A stretch of 64,000 nt of DNA from a virus. Each line of letters opens with the position of its first letter. The stretch's first letter is position 1. The translations under genes and the position numbers were made by a program. Positions 1-8,486 of the stretch are shown here, piece after piece. The stretch covers positions 1-64,000 of the IMG/VR virus record IMGVR_UViG_3300042486_001390. The stretch is one strand, 5' to 3'. The notes below the pieces were generated by a model that was given only the letters and a program-made list of their open reading frames with translations, made no database searches and had not been told where the DNA came from.

Positions 1-95
1 CCGCAATCCTTTAATTTTTGGCAATCTTGGTCACTTAACCCCGGCAAATGTTCAATTAACCAGCTTTGCCTGTGGATAAGTTGCGATCGATTCAT
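1..95 (-). CDS. 5' part of a DUF4332-like cyanobacterial protein (truncated by the window edge; probably a host gene)
   Basis: Manual translation from ATG at 95: MNRSQLIHRQSWLIEHLPGLSDQDCQKLKDCG, resembling the W-x-I-E-x-LPGL start of cyanobacterial DUF4332 proteins. Confidence 0.5.
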   Translation of the reverse strand, partial: MNRSQLIHRQSWLIEHLPGLSDQDCQKLKDC

Positions 96-155
96 CGAAA
101 TTATTAACTATTGATAAGTAGATTATAGCAGTTAAGTAGGGAGGCACAATTATTT

Positions 156-185
156 GTAGGATGGGTTAGCGGTAGCGTAACCCAT
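156..185. repeat. REP-like palindromic element (GTAG-headed)
   Basis: GTAGG-ATGGGTTA-GCGGTAGCG-TAACCCAT: GTAG head plus inverted repeat, the architecture of cyanobacterial REP-like elements. Confidence 0.55.
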
Positions 186-396
186 GCGGGCTATCGATTA
201 TGAAGAATACATCAGTATTTATAATTTAGTAATTAAATTAATCAGAAATTTTAAAGATGATCTATTAAATGCCACCGTGACGGAACAGTATAAAAAAGTC
301 AAAATTATATAGGGTTTGCTGAAAAAGTCAATTGGCTGATGATGGGGTGAGTTTCCTACACTCCACCGATTATGCCTGAAAGCTTGCATTTTTTGC

Positions 397-2064
397 TTAT
401 TCATTTTCGGTACCCAAGAAATACCTTAACCAAGATTGTAAAGTTTTAGCACGTCTTTCAACAGTACTTTCTGAAAGTGACGGACACACTTCTAGTAAAA
501 ATTCTCTTGCTCTTTCTGGTTTGATTTCGGAGAGATCATGAGCATTTTGCCACTTAAACCATGCCAAACCCACCTTTGAAGCAATAAATTGGTGAGCCAA
601 GAATCTTTTTTTTGATTTTTCTGACAGACGATCAAGCATGAAACAAGCAGTAGTTGGCTGCACTCGTTCGTCAGCCAGATTAAGAATTTCTGCAGCCCTT
701 CTATAGTAGGAAAACTGCCTTTCTGTAATACCATTTCTATCCAAAAACTGTTGTCGAACAGTTGGCAAAGAATGAGGATATTGAATTAACAGCGAAGATA
801 AATCAACAACTCGTTCTAACCTATCAGCTTGTGGAATATCATGAGAAAGAACCCTGATAGATCGTGATTTTAACCCTGTTAAACTAGATATATATTCATG
901 TTCTGTAGAAATTGTTTTAATGACATTAAATTCTGAAGAATTAATGGAGACAGCCATATCTACTCGCAAATCATCCTCTTTGATTTTTGTGACACAATCT
1001 TGCCAAATACTAACAACTTCTAAGTCATTTTCACTTTCATTATCAATTTTTCCTGAGGAAAGGTCAGAGATAGTTTTTGCCAGTAAATTTGCGTGATTAG
1101 GACTGAGATTGACATGAAGTATAATTGTCCAAGAACCAGGTATTGCCTGCGCTGGAGTAAAAGCGGGAAGTTTATTGATTCTCTCAAAAGTCAGATCGGC
1201 AATTTCTTGAAATAACCGCTCTAATTTATCAATTACACTAGCAACTACAGACCAAGATTTTCTATCTTTAGAATCATTGTCAATACGAACTGCAACTGAC
1301 AATCCATCACTATCAAGAACTGTTCCAATAGTGGCAAGAGACGAAGTGACTAATTGGAGTAACTTGTCTTTTGTCTCTGCCAAATTCTTATCTTCTGTAT
1401 TGCGCTGTAAACTTTGAGTATTATAAATTTTTTTAATTAATTCTTCACCAGCAGAAAAAACATTACTATCTGAATATTTGGTTGTACTGGCTTCTTCAAA
1501 AAATATATTAATTCCCTCTGACCATTCAGCTTTTAACTCTGAGTCATCTACTTGCTCTAATAGATTATTACTAAGAGATTGAAGTTCTTGAAGCTGCGTT
1601 TTGACATGAGGTGCTTTCGCATAAATTCTTCCCCAAGTGGCCAAAAAATCAAAAGTTTGTTCGGCAATTAAAGGGGTTCCGTCCGCAAGACTAACTTTAA
1701 AAAAAGCGTCGAGGGCAGGGGCAAGAAGCGCAAAAATTGGTAATTCCCAACTATTGACAGAAGCGGTAAGAACAAGTAGGCTGATTCTAGATGGACTATC
1801 AGGGGGAATACTATTGCGAGATAAAATTGACGCAATAAATAACCAAACAACCTCATTGTTAATCTCGCTGTCATTCTGTAGAAGCTTACGTCCCAATACC
1901 CCTAAGCCGATTTCTGAAGCTTCGATCGATCCCAGTGCCAACAGAGCGGCAAACTCTCTAACTTGACTATCCACCTTTTTCAGATTGCCGAAAGCTCTAT
2001 CAATTTCTTCTCTAGCTTTATCACTATCGCCAGAGTCTAAAAATTGTTGTACTCTTCTAAGCAT
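397..2064 (-). CDS. 555-aa hypothetical protein with a C-terminal winged-helix-like domain of the kind found in restriction-associated proteins
   Basis: Long ORF; C-terminal motifs IPQAD, RQFSYYRRAAEILNL and STVERRAKTLQSWL. Confidence 0.5.
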   Translation of the reverse strand: MLRRVQQFLDSGDSDKAREEIDRAFGNLKKVDSQVREFAALLALGSIEASEIGLGVLGRKLLQNDSEINNEVVWLFIASILSRNSIPPDSPSRISLLVLTASVNSWELPIFALLAPALDAFFKVSLADGTPLIAEQTFDFLATWGRIYAKAPHVKTQLQELQSLSNNLLEQVDDSELKAEWSEGINIFFEEASTTKYSDSNVFSAGEELIKKIYNTQSLQRNTEDKNLAETKDKLLQLVTSSLATIGTVLDSDGLSVAVRIDNDSKDRKSWSVVASVIDKLERLFQEIADLTFERINKLPAFTPAQAIPGSWTIILHVNLSPNHANLLAKTISDLSSGKIDNESENDLEVVSIWQDCVTKIKEDDLRVDMAVSINSSEFNVIKTISTEHEYISSLTGLKSRSIRVLSHDIPQADRLERVVDLSSLLIQYPHSLPTVRQQFLDRNGITERQFSYYRRAAEILNLADERVQPTTACFMLDRLSEKSKKRFLAHQFIASKVGLAWFKWQNAHDLSEIKPERAREFLLEVCPSLSESTVERRAKTLQSWLRYFLGTENE

Positions 2065-2119
2065 CGTTCTACCTCTTAAATATCCGATTTCAATTTATTA
2101 TATCTTCTTTTCTTTTTTT

Positions 2120-2220
2120 TCCTCTATACAGTATCAACGGTATCAACAAACCTTGAAACCCAGTCAGGGTAAAGGTTTCGATTGTTAACAACCTTATTGA
2201 CAATGAAATTACAAAAGAAC
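2120..2220 (+). repeat. Copy of the dispersed composite palindromic intergenic element
   Basis: GAAACC-N13-GGTTTC palindrome followed by GATTGTTAACAA-CC-TTATTGACAATG (2180-2205); similar to 9645-9745 and 49195-49295. Confidence 0.8.
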
Positions 2221-2263
2221 AGTAGATATACTTAGCATATTTAAATTAAATACTGCTATCTGC

Positions 2264-4525
2264 TTAGAGGATCGTTGCTAGTGATTCTTTAAAAGGCACT
2301 GGATAACTTGAATTTTGAAAGACCCGTATTGTGTAAGCTGTTTGGACTGACCCCCAGTCGGCTATCTGTTGCGATTCTGTGTAAACGACGCTTCGGGCCG
2401 ACGATACTGACCATTCTCGTTTTACCGTCGCCCCGTCGTAAATTCTGACTACATAGCTGTCCAATTCTCCTGCTGCGTAAGCAATATCGATATAGTCGAT
2501 CCAACGACCATTTAACCGCGTCCGTCGATACCAAGTAATAATTAAATCGTTGTTATCTTTTTCCCCTCTTACAGCACAAGGGAAAGGCTTTAATCCTTCT
2601 AAAGTAATTGCGTGAGAGACTTCTTCCTCTATATCAGTTTCAAGTAATCCATTAGGAACTACTTTTAATAAATATTCTCGATTAATATCAGAAAGATTTA
2701 AAGGGAGTCGAACTAAATAATTAGTTAGTAGCACAAATTTTTCCCCTATTATATGCTTAGAAATGGCTGGTTCAGTTCCCTTGACTCCACGAATTGTATA
2801 TGAAATATCAAAGGTTAAAGGATTGCTGGACACAATAGCAGCATTTTTAAAAGCTATAATTTCTCCAGTAGAAAACCAACCTAATTGTTTGCCTGATAGA
2901 AATGTTTCAAGGGTAACTGGCTCTAATTGCCCTGAATTCATACTTATTCGTATCCAATTTGAATCGTCAATAAAACTAGGAGAAGCGTTGTTAAAATTTG
3001 GGGAAAAGCTCAATACAGTACCAGTTACGCTGTTGACAACATTGCCAACAGCAAAATCATAGCTTAATCCGTTGTCATCAGAATAAAATAATGCTCCTTT
3101 CCTAAAACTAGAGTTACCTTCAATTGCCACATAAATTCCTATGTCTGTATCTCGGCTATTAACTATTGGGACTTCAATAGGAATAGCGTTAGCGCGTCCG
3201 TAGGGACGAGGAGTGTTATTGTCTGGCGGAAATTCGTTATCTATAGGAATATCTGGTAAATATCCTACTCCTTGAAATCGAGTAGCTTCAATTTCAATTA
3301 AATAATTTACGCCTCTTACTTTTTTGGTGATTTGCATCAATTCCTGATGATAATTGTTATTATCATTGGTAAAAATTACATCCCCAACTTTCAGATTTTC
3401 CCATGCTGGCAATAAAAACATTTTTGAAAAAGTTTTTGATTGCGTTTTCCCTAAAAAAAGAATTTTTGAGGCGGTATTCATAAAAAACGCATCTATATCT
3501 ATTAGCTTAGTTTGAAAACTAAGCTCGTTTGTGTGAATATCTGATGGGTCTTTAGCTACTACGGTAATAGTTTCATAATTTTTTAAAACATTTAGTCCAG
3601 ATACTGTAACGGCACTAGGAGTTTCTCTAAAATGAGTCAATTTTTTCTCATTAAGGTCAATAGGATTTTCTCCAAATTTTTTAGACCCAAAAGAGCTTTT
3701 AGGGATAAAAATAGGATCAGATGATTGTTCTTGTCTTTTAAAAATTATTTTATCTTTTGGCTCCCTTGCGACAATAAAAAAAGCTCTCATAAGTTCTTCC
3801 AACTGATCAGCAAAAGATGTTCCATCAAACAATAAATCAAATCCTTGAATTCGGTAATCACTAGGAATGTCAGTCACGTCAATTTGATCGTCTGTTCTAC
3901 TAGCTAATTTACAAATAGTTTTCAAAATATCTTTTATTTTTGGATTGTCTCCACTTTCTCCAATCACTTCAACATCAATAGTAGGAAATCCAGTGCCGTC
4001 ATAATTGGCAATCGGATAATTATTAAAAAGCAAAAAAGACATTCCAGTAAAAGCAGGTACTGGGTTGGATTCTTTTGATTGAATTACTGACGATGGTGTA
4101 GTTTGATTGCCAGTATAAATAGTTGTATGCTCAATAAACTTTAGGCTTTTTTCGTCATTGGTTTCAGAATTGTAAACGAGGACGCTGTTCATCCAAACTC
4201 GCCTAACAGAGCCAATTTTTCTAGCAATTGGATAAGCGGCTGTCAGAAAATAAGTGTAAACTTCGGTAGTTTGCCCACCACCGCCACCTTTTCCCCCCTG
4301 CCTTTCGGACGTGACGACTTCCTTAAGGGGAACCCCCCACATCATAGTTAGCCCTTCTTTCCTCACCTTTCCAAAAGGATAGGATAGGCTTCTGCCGTAT
4401 TCAGCATCGGGAACACCAGTATCCTCAATTTTTCCTTTTTGTTGGGTAGGAGGTTTAGGAGCAAATAGAGATAATAATAGGTTAGCTCCGATTCCTATCG
4501 CTACGGGAATGAGAAAATTAGCCAC
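2264..4525 (-). CDS. Phage tail tip / host-specificity protein (GTA-like)
   Basis: 753 aa; N-terminal YG-x-x-x-x-YPFG and GGKGGG motifs, RIWM-like RRVWMN, TIRGVKGT, ITWYRRTR; same strand as the TMP and NlpC genes upstream. Confidence 0.8.
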   Translation of the reverse strand: MANFLIPVAIGIGANLLLSLFAPKPPTQQKGKIEDTGVPDAEYGRSLSYPFGKVRKEGLTMMWGVPLKEVVTSERQGGKGGGGGQTTEVYTYFLTAAYPIARKIGSVRRVWMNSVLVYNSETNDEKSLKFIEHTTIYTGNQTTPSSVIQSKESNPVPAFTGMSFLLFNNYPIANYDGTGFPTIDVEVIGESGDNPKIKDILKTICKLASRTDDQIDVTDIPSDYRIQGFDLLFDGTSFADQLEELMRAFFIVAREPKDKIIFKRQEQSSDPIFIPKSSFGSKKFGENPIDLNEKKLTHFRETPSAVTVSGLNVLKNYETITVVAKDPSDIHTNELSFQTKLIDIDAFFMNTASKILFLGKTQSKTFSKMFLLPAWENLKVGDVIFTNDNNNYHQELMQITKKVRGVNYLIEIEATRFQGVGYLPDIPIDNEFPPDNNTPRPYGRANAIPIEVPIVNSRDTDIGIYVAIEGNSSFRKGALFYSDDNGLSYDFAVGNVVNSVTGTVLSFSPNFNNASPSFIDDSNWIRISMNSGQLEPVTLETFLSGKQLGWFSTGEIIAFKNAAIVSSNPLTFDISYTIRGVKGTEPAISKHIIGEKFVLLTNYLVRLPLNLSDINREYLLKVVPNGLLETDIEEEVSHAITLEGLKPFPCAVRGEKDNNDLIITWYRRTRLNGRWIDYIDIAYAAGELDSYVVRIYDGATVKREWSVSSARSVVYTESQQIADWGSVQTAYTIRVFQNSSYPVPFKESLATIL

Positions 4526-4556
4526 GGCTTTTTAAATAGTATTTTCTCTATTCTAA

Positions 4557-4629
4557 TAGGTTGAGCAGGGGTTGAACCTGCCTAAGACGAATTATGAGTT
4601 CGTTGCCTCAACCGCTCGGCCATCAACCC
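4557..4629 (-). tRNA. tRNA with CAT anticodon, most likely tRNA-Ile2 (lysidine type)
   Basis: Cloverleaf on the minus strand: acceptor GGGTTGA/TCAACCT, D arm GCC-GAGCGGTTGA-GGC, anticodon ACGAA-CTCATAA-TTCGT, T arm GCAGG-TTCAACC-CCTGC; body resembles cyanobacterial tRNA-Ile(CAU). Confidence 0.85.
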
Positions 4630-5078
4630 TTGATTTGTTTTGGGGAAAATAAAGCAGGAGATATATTTAAAAAATTGGCTAATTTTTGAATGTAGATAGG
4701 AGTTAACTCTTGTAGTCCATCAAAAATATCATCCAAGATTGACTTGCTTTCAAAAATAGATAGCAAATCTTGCTTTTGTAGGTTTCTTTCCTCTAATATG
4801 AATTTCAACAATTCAAGTCCATAAATATCAGGTATTGGCTCTTGATTTTCCTCATACTCATAAATCAAAGTTCCTAAAACACTTAAATACTCCCTTTCTT
4901 CTATTGTCAATTGAATTTTATCTAATATGATTTTATCTAAAAAAGAACTGATAACTCTTTCCGTGTTTTCTAGCTCTTCCTTGTCGTAAATAGGACGAGG
5001 AGGGTATTGTTTTAATAATTCTAAGTATTTATTTGTATCAAACATAGTGTGACTGTAATCGCTGTAACTTTTTATCAT
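4623..5078 (-). CDS. higA: HigA-family HTH antitoxin / transcriptional regulator (no adjacent toxin)
   Basis: PPRPI, EEREYLSVLGTLIYEYEE and LLKFILEERNLQKQDL...IQKLANFLNISPALF match the HigA pattern. Confidence 0.75.
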   Translation of the reverse strand: MIKSYSDYSHTMFDTNKYLELLKQYPPRPIYDKEELENTERVISSFLDKIILDKIQLTIEEREYLSVLGTLIYEYEENQEPIPDIYGLELLKFILEERNLQKQDLLSIFESKSILDDIFDGLQELTPIYIQKLANFLNISPALFSPKQIKG

Positions 5079-5118
5079 AGGTCAAGTCTTTGATTTTGTC
5101 AATATGTTTGATTTTAAG

Positions 5119-5167
5119 TGGGTTGGGCTGGATTTGCACTAGCGTGGAATTAAATCTACAGATTTAC
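5119..5167 (-). pseudogene. 3' half of a degenerate tRNA-Tyr(GTA)
   Basis: Minus strand GTAAATCTGTAGATTTAATTCCACGCTAGTGCAAATCCAGCCCAACCCA: begins at the GTA anticodon, has a long variable arm, a decayed T arm and an acceptor 3' strand; no 5' half upstream. Confidence 0.55.
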
Positions 5168-5177
5168 TATATTAGAT

Positions 5178-5492
5178 TTATTTTCTGTAAAAATTAAGAT
5201 CACACCAAAAGGAATCTTTCCAAAAATTTATCAATTTTATATTTTTTTCAGCTATTAATTTTCGCCAAAGACGAAAATTCTCAAAAAAGTTATACCATCC
5301 AAAAGGAACATCCTCTCTAAGGGTAGTCCAAATAATAGGTAAATAGCTGTCGATAGGTTTATAAAGTTTGTTACAAACATAAATATAAAAACCAAAAGAC
5401 AAAGTGTAAAACAACCCTTTGGTGATTAACATAAATCCCCATACAGAAATTAAAAACAAATTCAAGATTAAGGTTATCGGTTTTATTTTCAT
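5178..5492 (-). CDS. Small predicted membrane protein
   Basis: 104-aa ORF with a hydrophobic N-terminus; overlaps the upstream ORF by 4 nt (ATGA coupling). Confidence 0.5.
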   Translation of the reverse strand: MKIKPITLILNLFLISVWGFMLITKGLFYTLSFGFYIYVCNKLYKPIDSYLPIIWTTLREDVPFGWYNFFENFRLWRKLIAEKNIKLINFWKDSFWCDLNFYRK

Positions 5493-5683
5493 TTTTGACC
5501 TTTAATAGATTTTAAAGTTATTACTATGCTAGTTACACAAAAAAGCCAAACATACCAAAATTTAAAAAGCAATTCTGTTTCTGTTAAATGTAAATGAATG
5601 AATCTAATACCGAAAATTATACAAGTATTAAAACTCATGATAGCAATCAAAAGGTAATAGTTTATTTGTTTAGTCTTTTTCAT
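5489..5683 (-). CDS. Small protein with two predicted TM segments
   Basis: 64 aa with two hydrophobic stretches. Confidence 0.5.
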   Translation of the reverse strand: MKKTKQINYYLLIAIMSFNTCIIFGIRFIHLHLTETELLFKFWYVWLFCVTSIVITLKSIKGQK

Positions 5684-5737
5684 GTCTTATTAGTTTAATC
5701 TTTTTAGGTGTTCTATGTTACTTTACTACAATTAAAG

Positions 5738-5935
5738 TTATTTGTCTATAGTTTTGATAAGAAAATAAATTAAATTTACTTTTTCCGGTGTCAGTGTTTT
5801 GATTTTTATTAAGATTTTTACTAATTTATCCTTAAGTTCTTTTTTAGTGGGTTCTATGTTAGTTGGTTCATAGATGAAAGTTTTGGCACTCCCATCTTGT
5901 TCTATTTTAGTCAAAGTGTATTTTTCCATGATCAT
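5738..5935 (-). CDS. Hypothetical protein
   Basis: 65-aa ORF in a co-oriented cluster, with AGAAGG upstream. Confidence 0.5.
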   Translation of the reverse strand: MIMEKYTLTKIEQDGSAKTFIYEPTNIEPTKKELKDKLVKILIKIKTLTPEKVNLIYFLIKTIDK

Positions 5936-5958
5936 AGTGCCTTCTTTTATGTGTAGGT

Positions 5959-6414
5959 TTATCTTAATATATCTAGCCCTCGATTTCTGATTCTTTGAGC
6001 AAAGTCTTTATTAAATACTTTTGATTTTTTAATCACAGTAATCTGATTGCTTGGCCAGTATTCTAGCAGAAAATCAACGAGTTCTATTGAAGTTGTGTGT
6101 ATTCTAGCTTCTTTGCTGTATCCTTTTAGTAATTGGTAAAAAAGAAATAGTCCACTAAGCAGGTCTTTTTCAATTACCCAAAATACTAATCTAATTAATG
6201 TATTGCTAAGTCGCCAGTGTTTTAGAAGTTGGCATAGTTTTGTTTCCTCTAATTGCCAGTAACTGAAAAAATCCAAAACATTAGAGATTACTGGGTAGTC
6301 GCTTCTATTTACGAAGTCAGATACTAGAGCATCGATTGCTTCTAGAGATTGACACATCCCGATGGATGCAATCGATAATCCCTCTAATTTATATCCTGAG
6401 ATAATTTGTAGCAT
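5959..6414 (-). CDS. Hypothetical protein immediately downstream of the CRISPR array
   Basis: 151-aa ORF starting 64 nt after the last repeat. Confidence 0.6.
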   Translation of the reverse strand: MLQIISGYKLEGLSIASIGMCQSLEAIDALVSDFVNRSDYPVISNVLDFFSYWQLEETKLCQLLKHWRLSNTLIRLVFWVIEKDLLSGLFLFYQLLKGYSKEARIHTTSIELVDFLLEYWPSNQITVIKKSKVFNKDFAQRIRNRGLDILR

Positions 6415-6477
6415 GGTTTTAAAGTTTTGTTTTGTTTTCTTGCCTTAGTTTGCCTTGCCTTGTCTTGTATTTGTTTC

Positions 6478-6804
6478 CTTGCAATCTACTTAACAAGTCA
6501 AGCCGATTGTTACTATCCTTAAAGCCTCTATTGATTGCCATTAAGAAGCTCTTGCAATCTACTTAACAAGTCAAGCCGATTGTTACGGAATGACCGCAAT
6601 TATACGAAAAAGCGACTAAAGACTTCTTGCAATCTACTTAACAAGTCAAGCCGATTGTTACGTTACCGATTAGATTGTGGGGATTGTGGACGGTTCCCTT
6701 GCAATCTACTTAACAAGTCAAGCCGATTGTTACAAAACCCACCGATCCAGACACTTTAGCGGTTCTGGCTTGCAATCTACTTAACAAGTCAAGCCGATTG
6801 TTAC
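6478..6804 (-). CRISPR. CRISPR array: 5 identical 36-bp repeats and 4 spacers (35-39 bp)
   Basis: CTTGCAATCTACTTAACAAGTCAAGCCGATTGTTAC at 6478, 6551, 6626, 6698 and 6769; spacers of 37, 39, 36 and 35 bp; minus-strand repeat GTAAC...ATTGCAAG, co-oriented with the nuclease gene. Confidence 0.97.
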
Positions 6805-8486
6805 CCAGTCTCCCAGAGTGTAAGCTGCGTATAGCCTGCGTTGACTGTTTGCGCGGGTTGCGAGTGGATCGACCTTTTCCTTGTTTTTTTCTTGGGTGTC
6901 ACTGGCTCGGAGGTCAAAACCAGTAAGGTTTCGAGGGTTTCTTCGCCGAGTAACAATCGGCTGGACTTGTCAAGTAATTCCTCCTGCGCTGATTCCTTAT
7001 CGAAATCCTTCAGAGGCTTAACTTCCCCGGTACAAGCCGGGTAGCTTCTTACGAAGTCTGCTTTCCCTAAGATGTTGATTGCGGCGGCCACATCTCTGGG
7101 TAAAGTACATCCACACTCTAAACATTTATGGGTGCGGGTTGATAAACTTTTTTTAACACGATTGCCACAGCGAGGACAATCTTGACTGGTGTAAGCTGGT
7201 TGAACTTTGATAAACTCTCGGTTGGGAGCTTTCATTTTCGTTTCAAGAAAACCAGTTAATTGTCCTAAACTAGCATCAGCAAAGGATTTATTTAATCCCC
7301 CTTTGGCTTTCGCGTTATTGCGTTCGTAGCCTTTACCGTCTTCTCTTTTTTTCGGTTTAGGTCGTCGCATTAAATTCTTTAAGTTGAGGTCTTCTACGGC
7401 TACAGCGCCATGATTTCTAGCAATATCGGTACTTAGGGCATGATTAAATCCTTTGCGTTGTCTTGCTATTTTTTCGTGAGTTTTGGCAACTTTAGCACGA
7501 GTTTTAGCGAGATTTTTGCCGTCTTTATTTTCCCCTGCTTTATACTGTCTAGCGGTTTTTCTTTGCAGTCTTGCTAGTCTTTTTTGCTGTTTTCTATAGT
7601 ATTTGGGCGGGTCAATTTGTTGCCCGTCGCTGGTACTAATTATATATTCTAGTCCTACGTCAATACCGATTGCTTTATCAGAATCAGGTAGATCATTTAC
7701 TTCAAATTCACCAAATAGACTTAGATAATATCCCGATGGGTATTTGATAATTGATACGGTAGAGGCTTTTCTGTCACCCCACCGAATGTCTAAGGTATTG
7801 TTGATAATCTTTAAATCGCCTAATGTTTTACCACAGCTACCTATAGATATTTTATCCCCTTTTCTAACAGCGCAATCGCTGATCTCAGAATAAAGAGATT
7901 TAATTTTATCTTCTTTTCTTTTAAATCTAGGAAGTTTTCTGTCTAAATTCTTTTTATCAAGTTTGGTGTAAGCTTTCCAAGAATCAGCAAGCTTTTTTAA
8001 AACCCCTTTAACAAAAGCCATAGGGATGTCTTTGCATAGTTCTGGACATTTTTCTTTTGTAATACAGCCACATAACCCAAAATAATTATCAGATTTTAAC
8101 CGCCGTTGAATAGGGATATGAACAGGATAAGAGTAACCTGCTTTTTGTCTTTTTTCTCTAGCTATCTGTATTTTAACTTTTTGCTTGCCAGTTAAATATT
8201 TAGGGGTGTAAAGGGGATTAGGAAGGGATTTACCTTTTTCGTTTTTTAGGGAGTCAATAAATTGAGGTTTTTTAGCTAAACGACGTTTAACCCGTTTAAC
8301 TGGTTTTCCTGTTATTTGCTCAAGCTCGTCGTAATACTTATTAAGCTGATATTCCATCAGTAGATCTAACCCAAAATTCCAGACAGCTTTAATCTCGTCC
8401 ATCCAGCGATCAATATAGGTTCGCTGAGTAGCATTAAGGTTAAGCTTTATGTCCGCAATAGTTTTTTTGACTAGCATGGTTTTCAT
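6801..8486 (-). CDS. tnpB: TnpB/Cas12f-like RNA-guided RuvC nuclease (type V effector candidate)
   Basis: IS605 OrfB-like N-terminus (VWNFGL), RuvC-I IGIDVGL, RuvC-II AVEDLNL, zinc finger CPRC...CLEC, RuvC-III RDVAAAINI; abuts the CRISPR array. Confidence 0.9.
   Translation of the reverse strand: MKTMLVKKTIADIKLNLNATQRTYIDRWMDEIKAVWNFGLDLLMEYQLNKYYDELEQITGKPVKRVKRRLAKKPQFIDSLKNEKGKSLPNPLYTPKYLTGKQKVKIQIAREKRQKAGYSYPVHIPIQRRLKSDNYFGLCGCITKEKCPELCKDIPMAFVKGVLKKLADSWKAYTKLDKKNLDRKLPRFKRKEDKIKSLYSEISDCAVRKGDKISIGSCGKTLGDLKIINNTLDIRWGDRKASTVSIIKYPSGYYLSLFGEFEVNDLPDSDKAIGIDVGLEYIISTSDGQQIDPPKYYRKQQKRLARLQRKTARQYKAGENKDGKNLAKTRAKVAKTHEKIARQRKGFNHALSTDIARNHGAVAVEDLNLKNLMRRPKPKKREDGKGYERNNAKAKGGLNKSFADASLGQLTGFLETKMKAPNREFIKVQPAYTSQDCPRCGNRVKKSLSTRTHKCLECGCTLPRDVAAAINILGKADFVRSYPACTGEVKPLKDFDKESAQEELLDKSSRLLLGEETLETLLVLTSEPVTPKKKTRKRSIHSQPAQTVNAGYTQLTLWETG
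6950..6976 (-). ncRNA. Anti-repeat (putative tracrRNA core) inside the 3' end of the nuclease ORF
   Basis: Plus strand GTAACAATCGGCTGGACTTGTCAAGTA is 25/27 identical to the inverted repeat; the RNA duplex would have one mismatch and one G-U pair. Confidence 0.8.

Noticed and set aside
6662-6697. Spacer resembling the dispersed element (GATTAGATTGT)
   Set aside because: Only a short low-complexity similarity; no full protospacer was found in the window
6535-6759. 74-aa ORF with repeated CNLLNKSSRLL
   Set aside because: It is the translation of the CRISPR repeats, not a gene
6801-8486. Ordinary IS605/IS607 transposon
   Set aside because: No tnpA and no right-end hairpin downstream; the ORF runs into a CRISPR repeat and contains an anti-repeat
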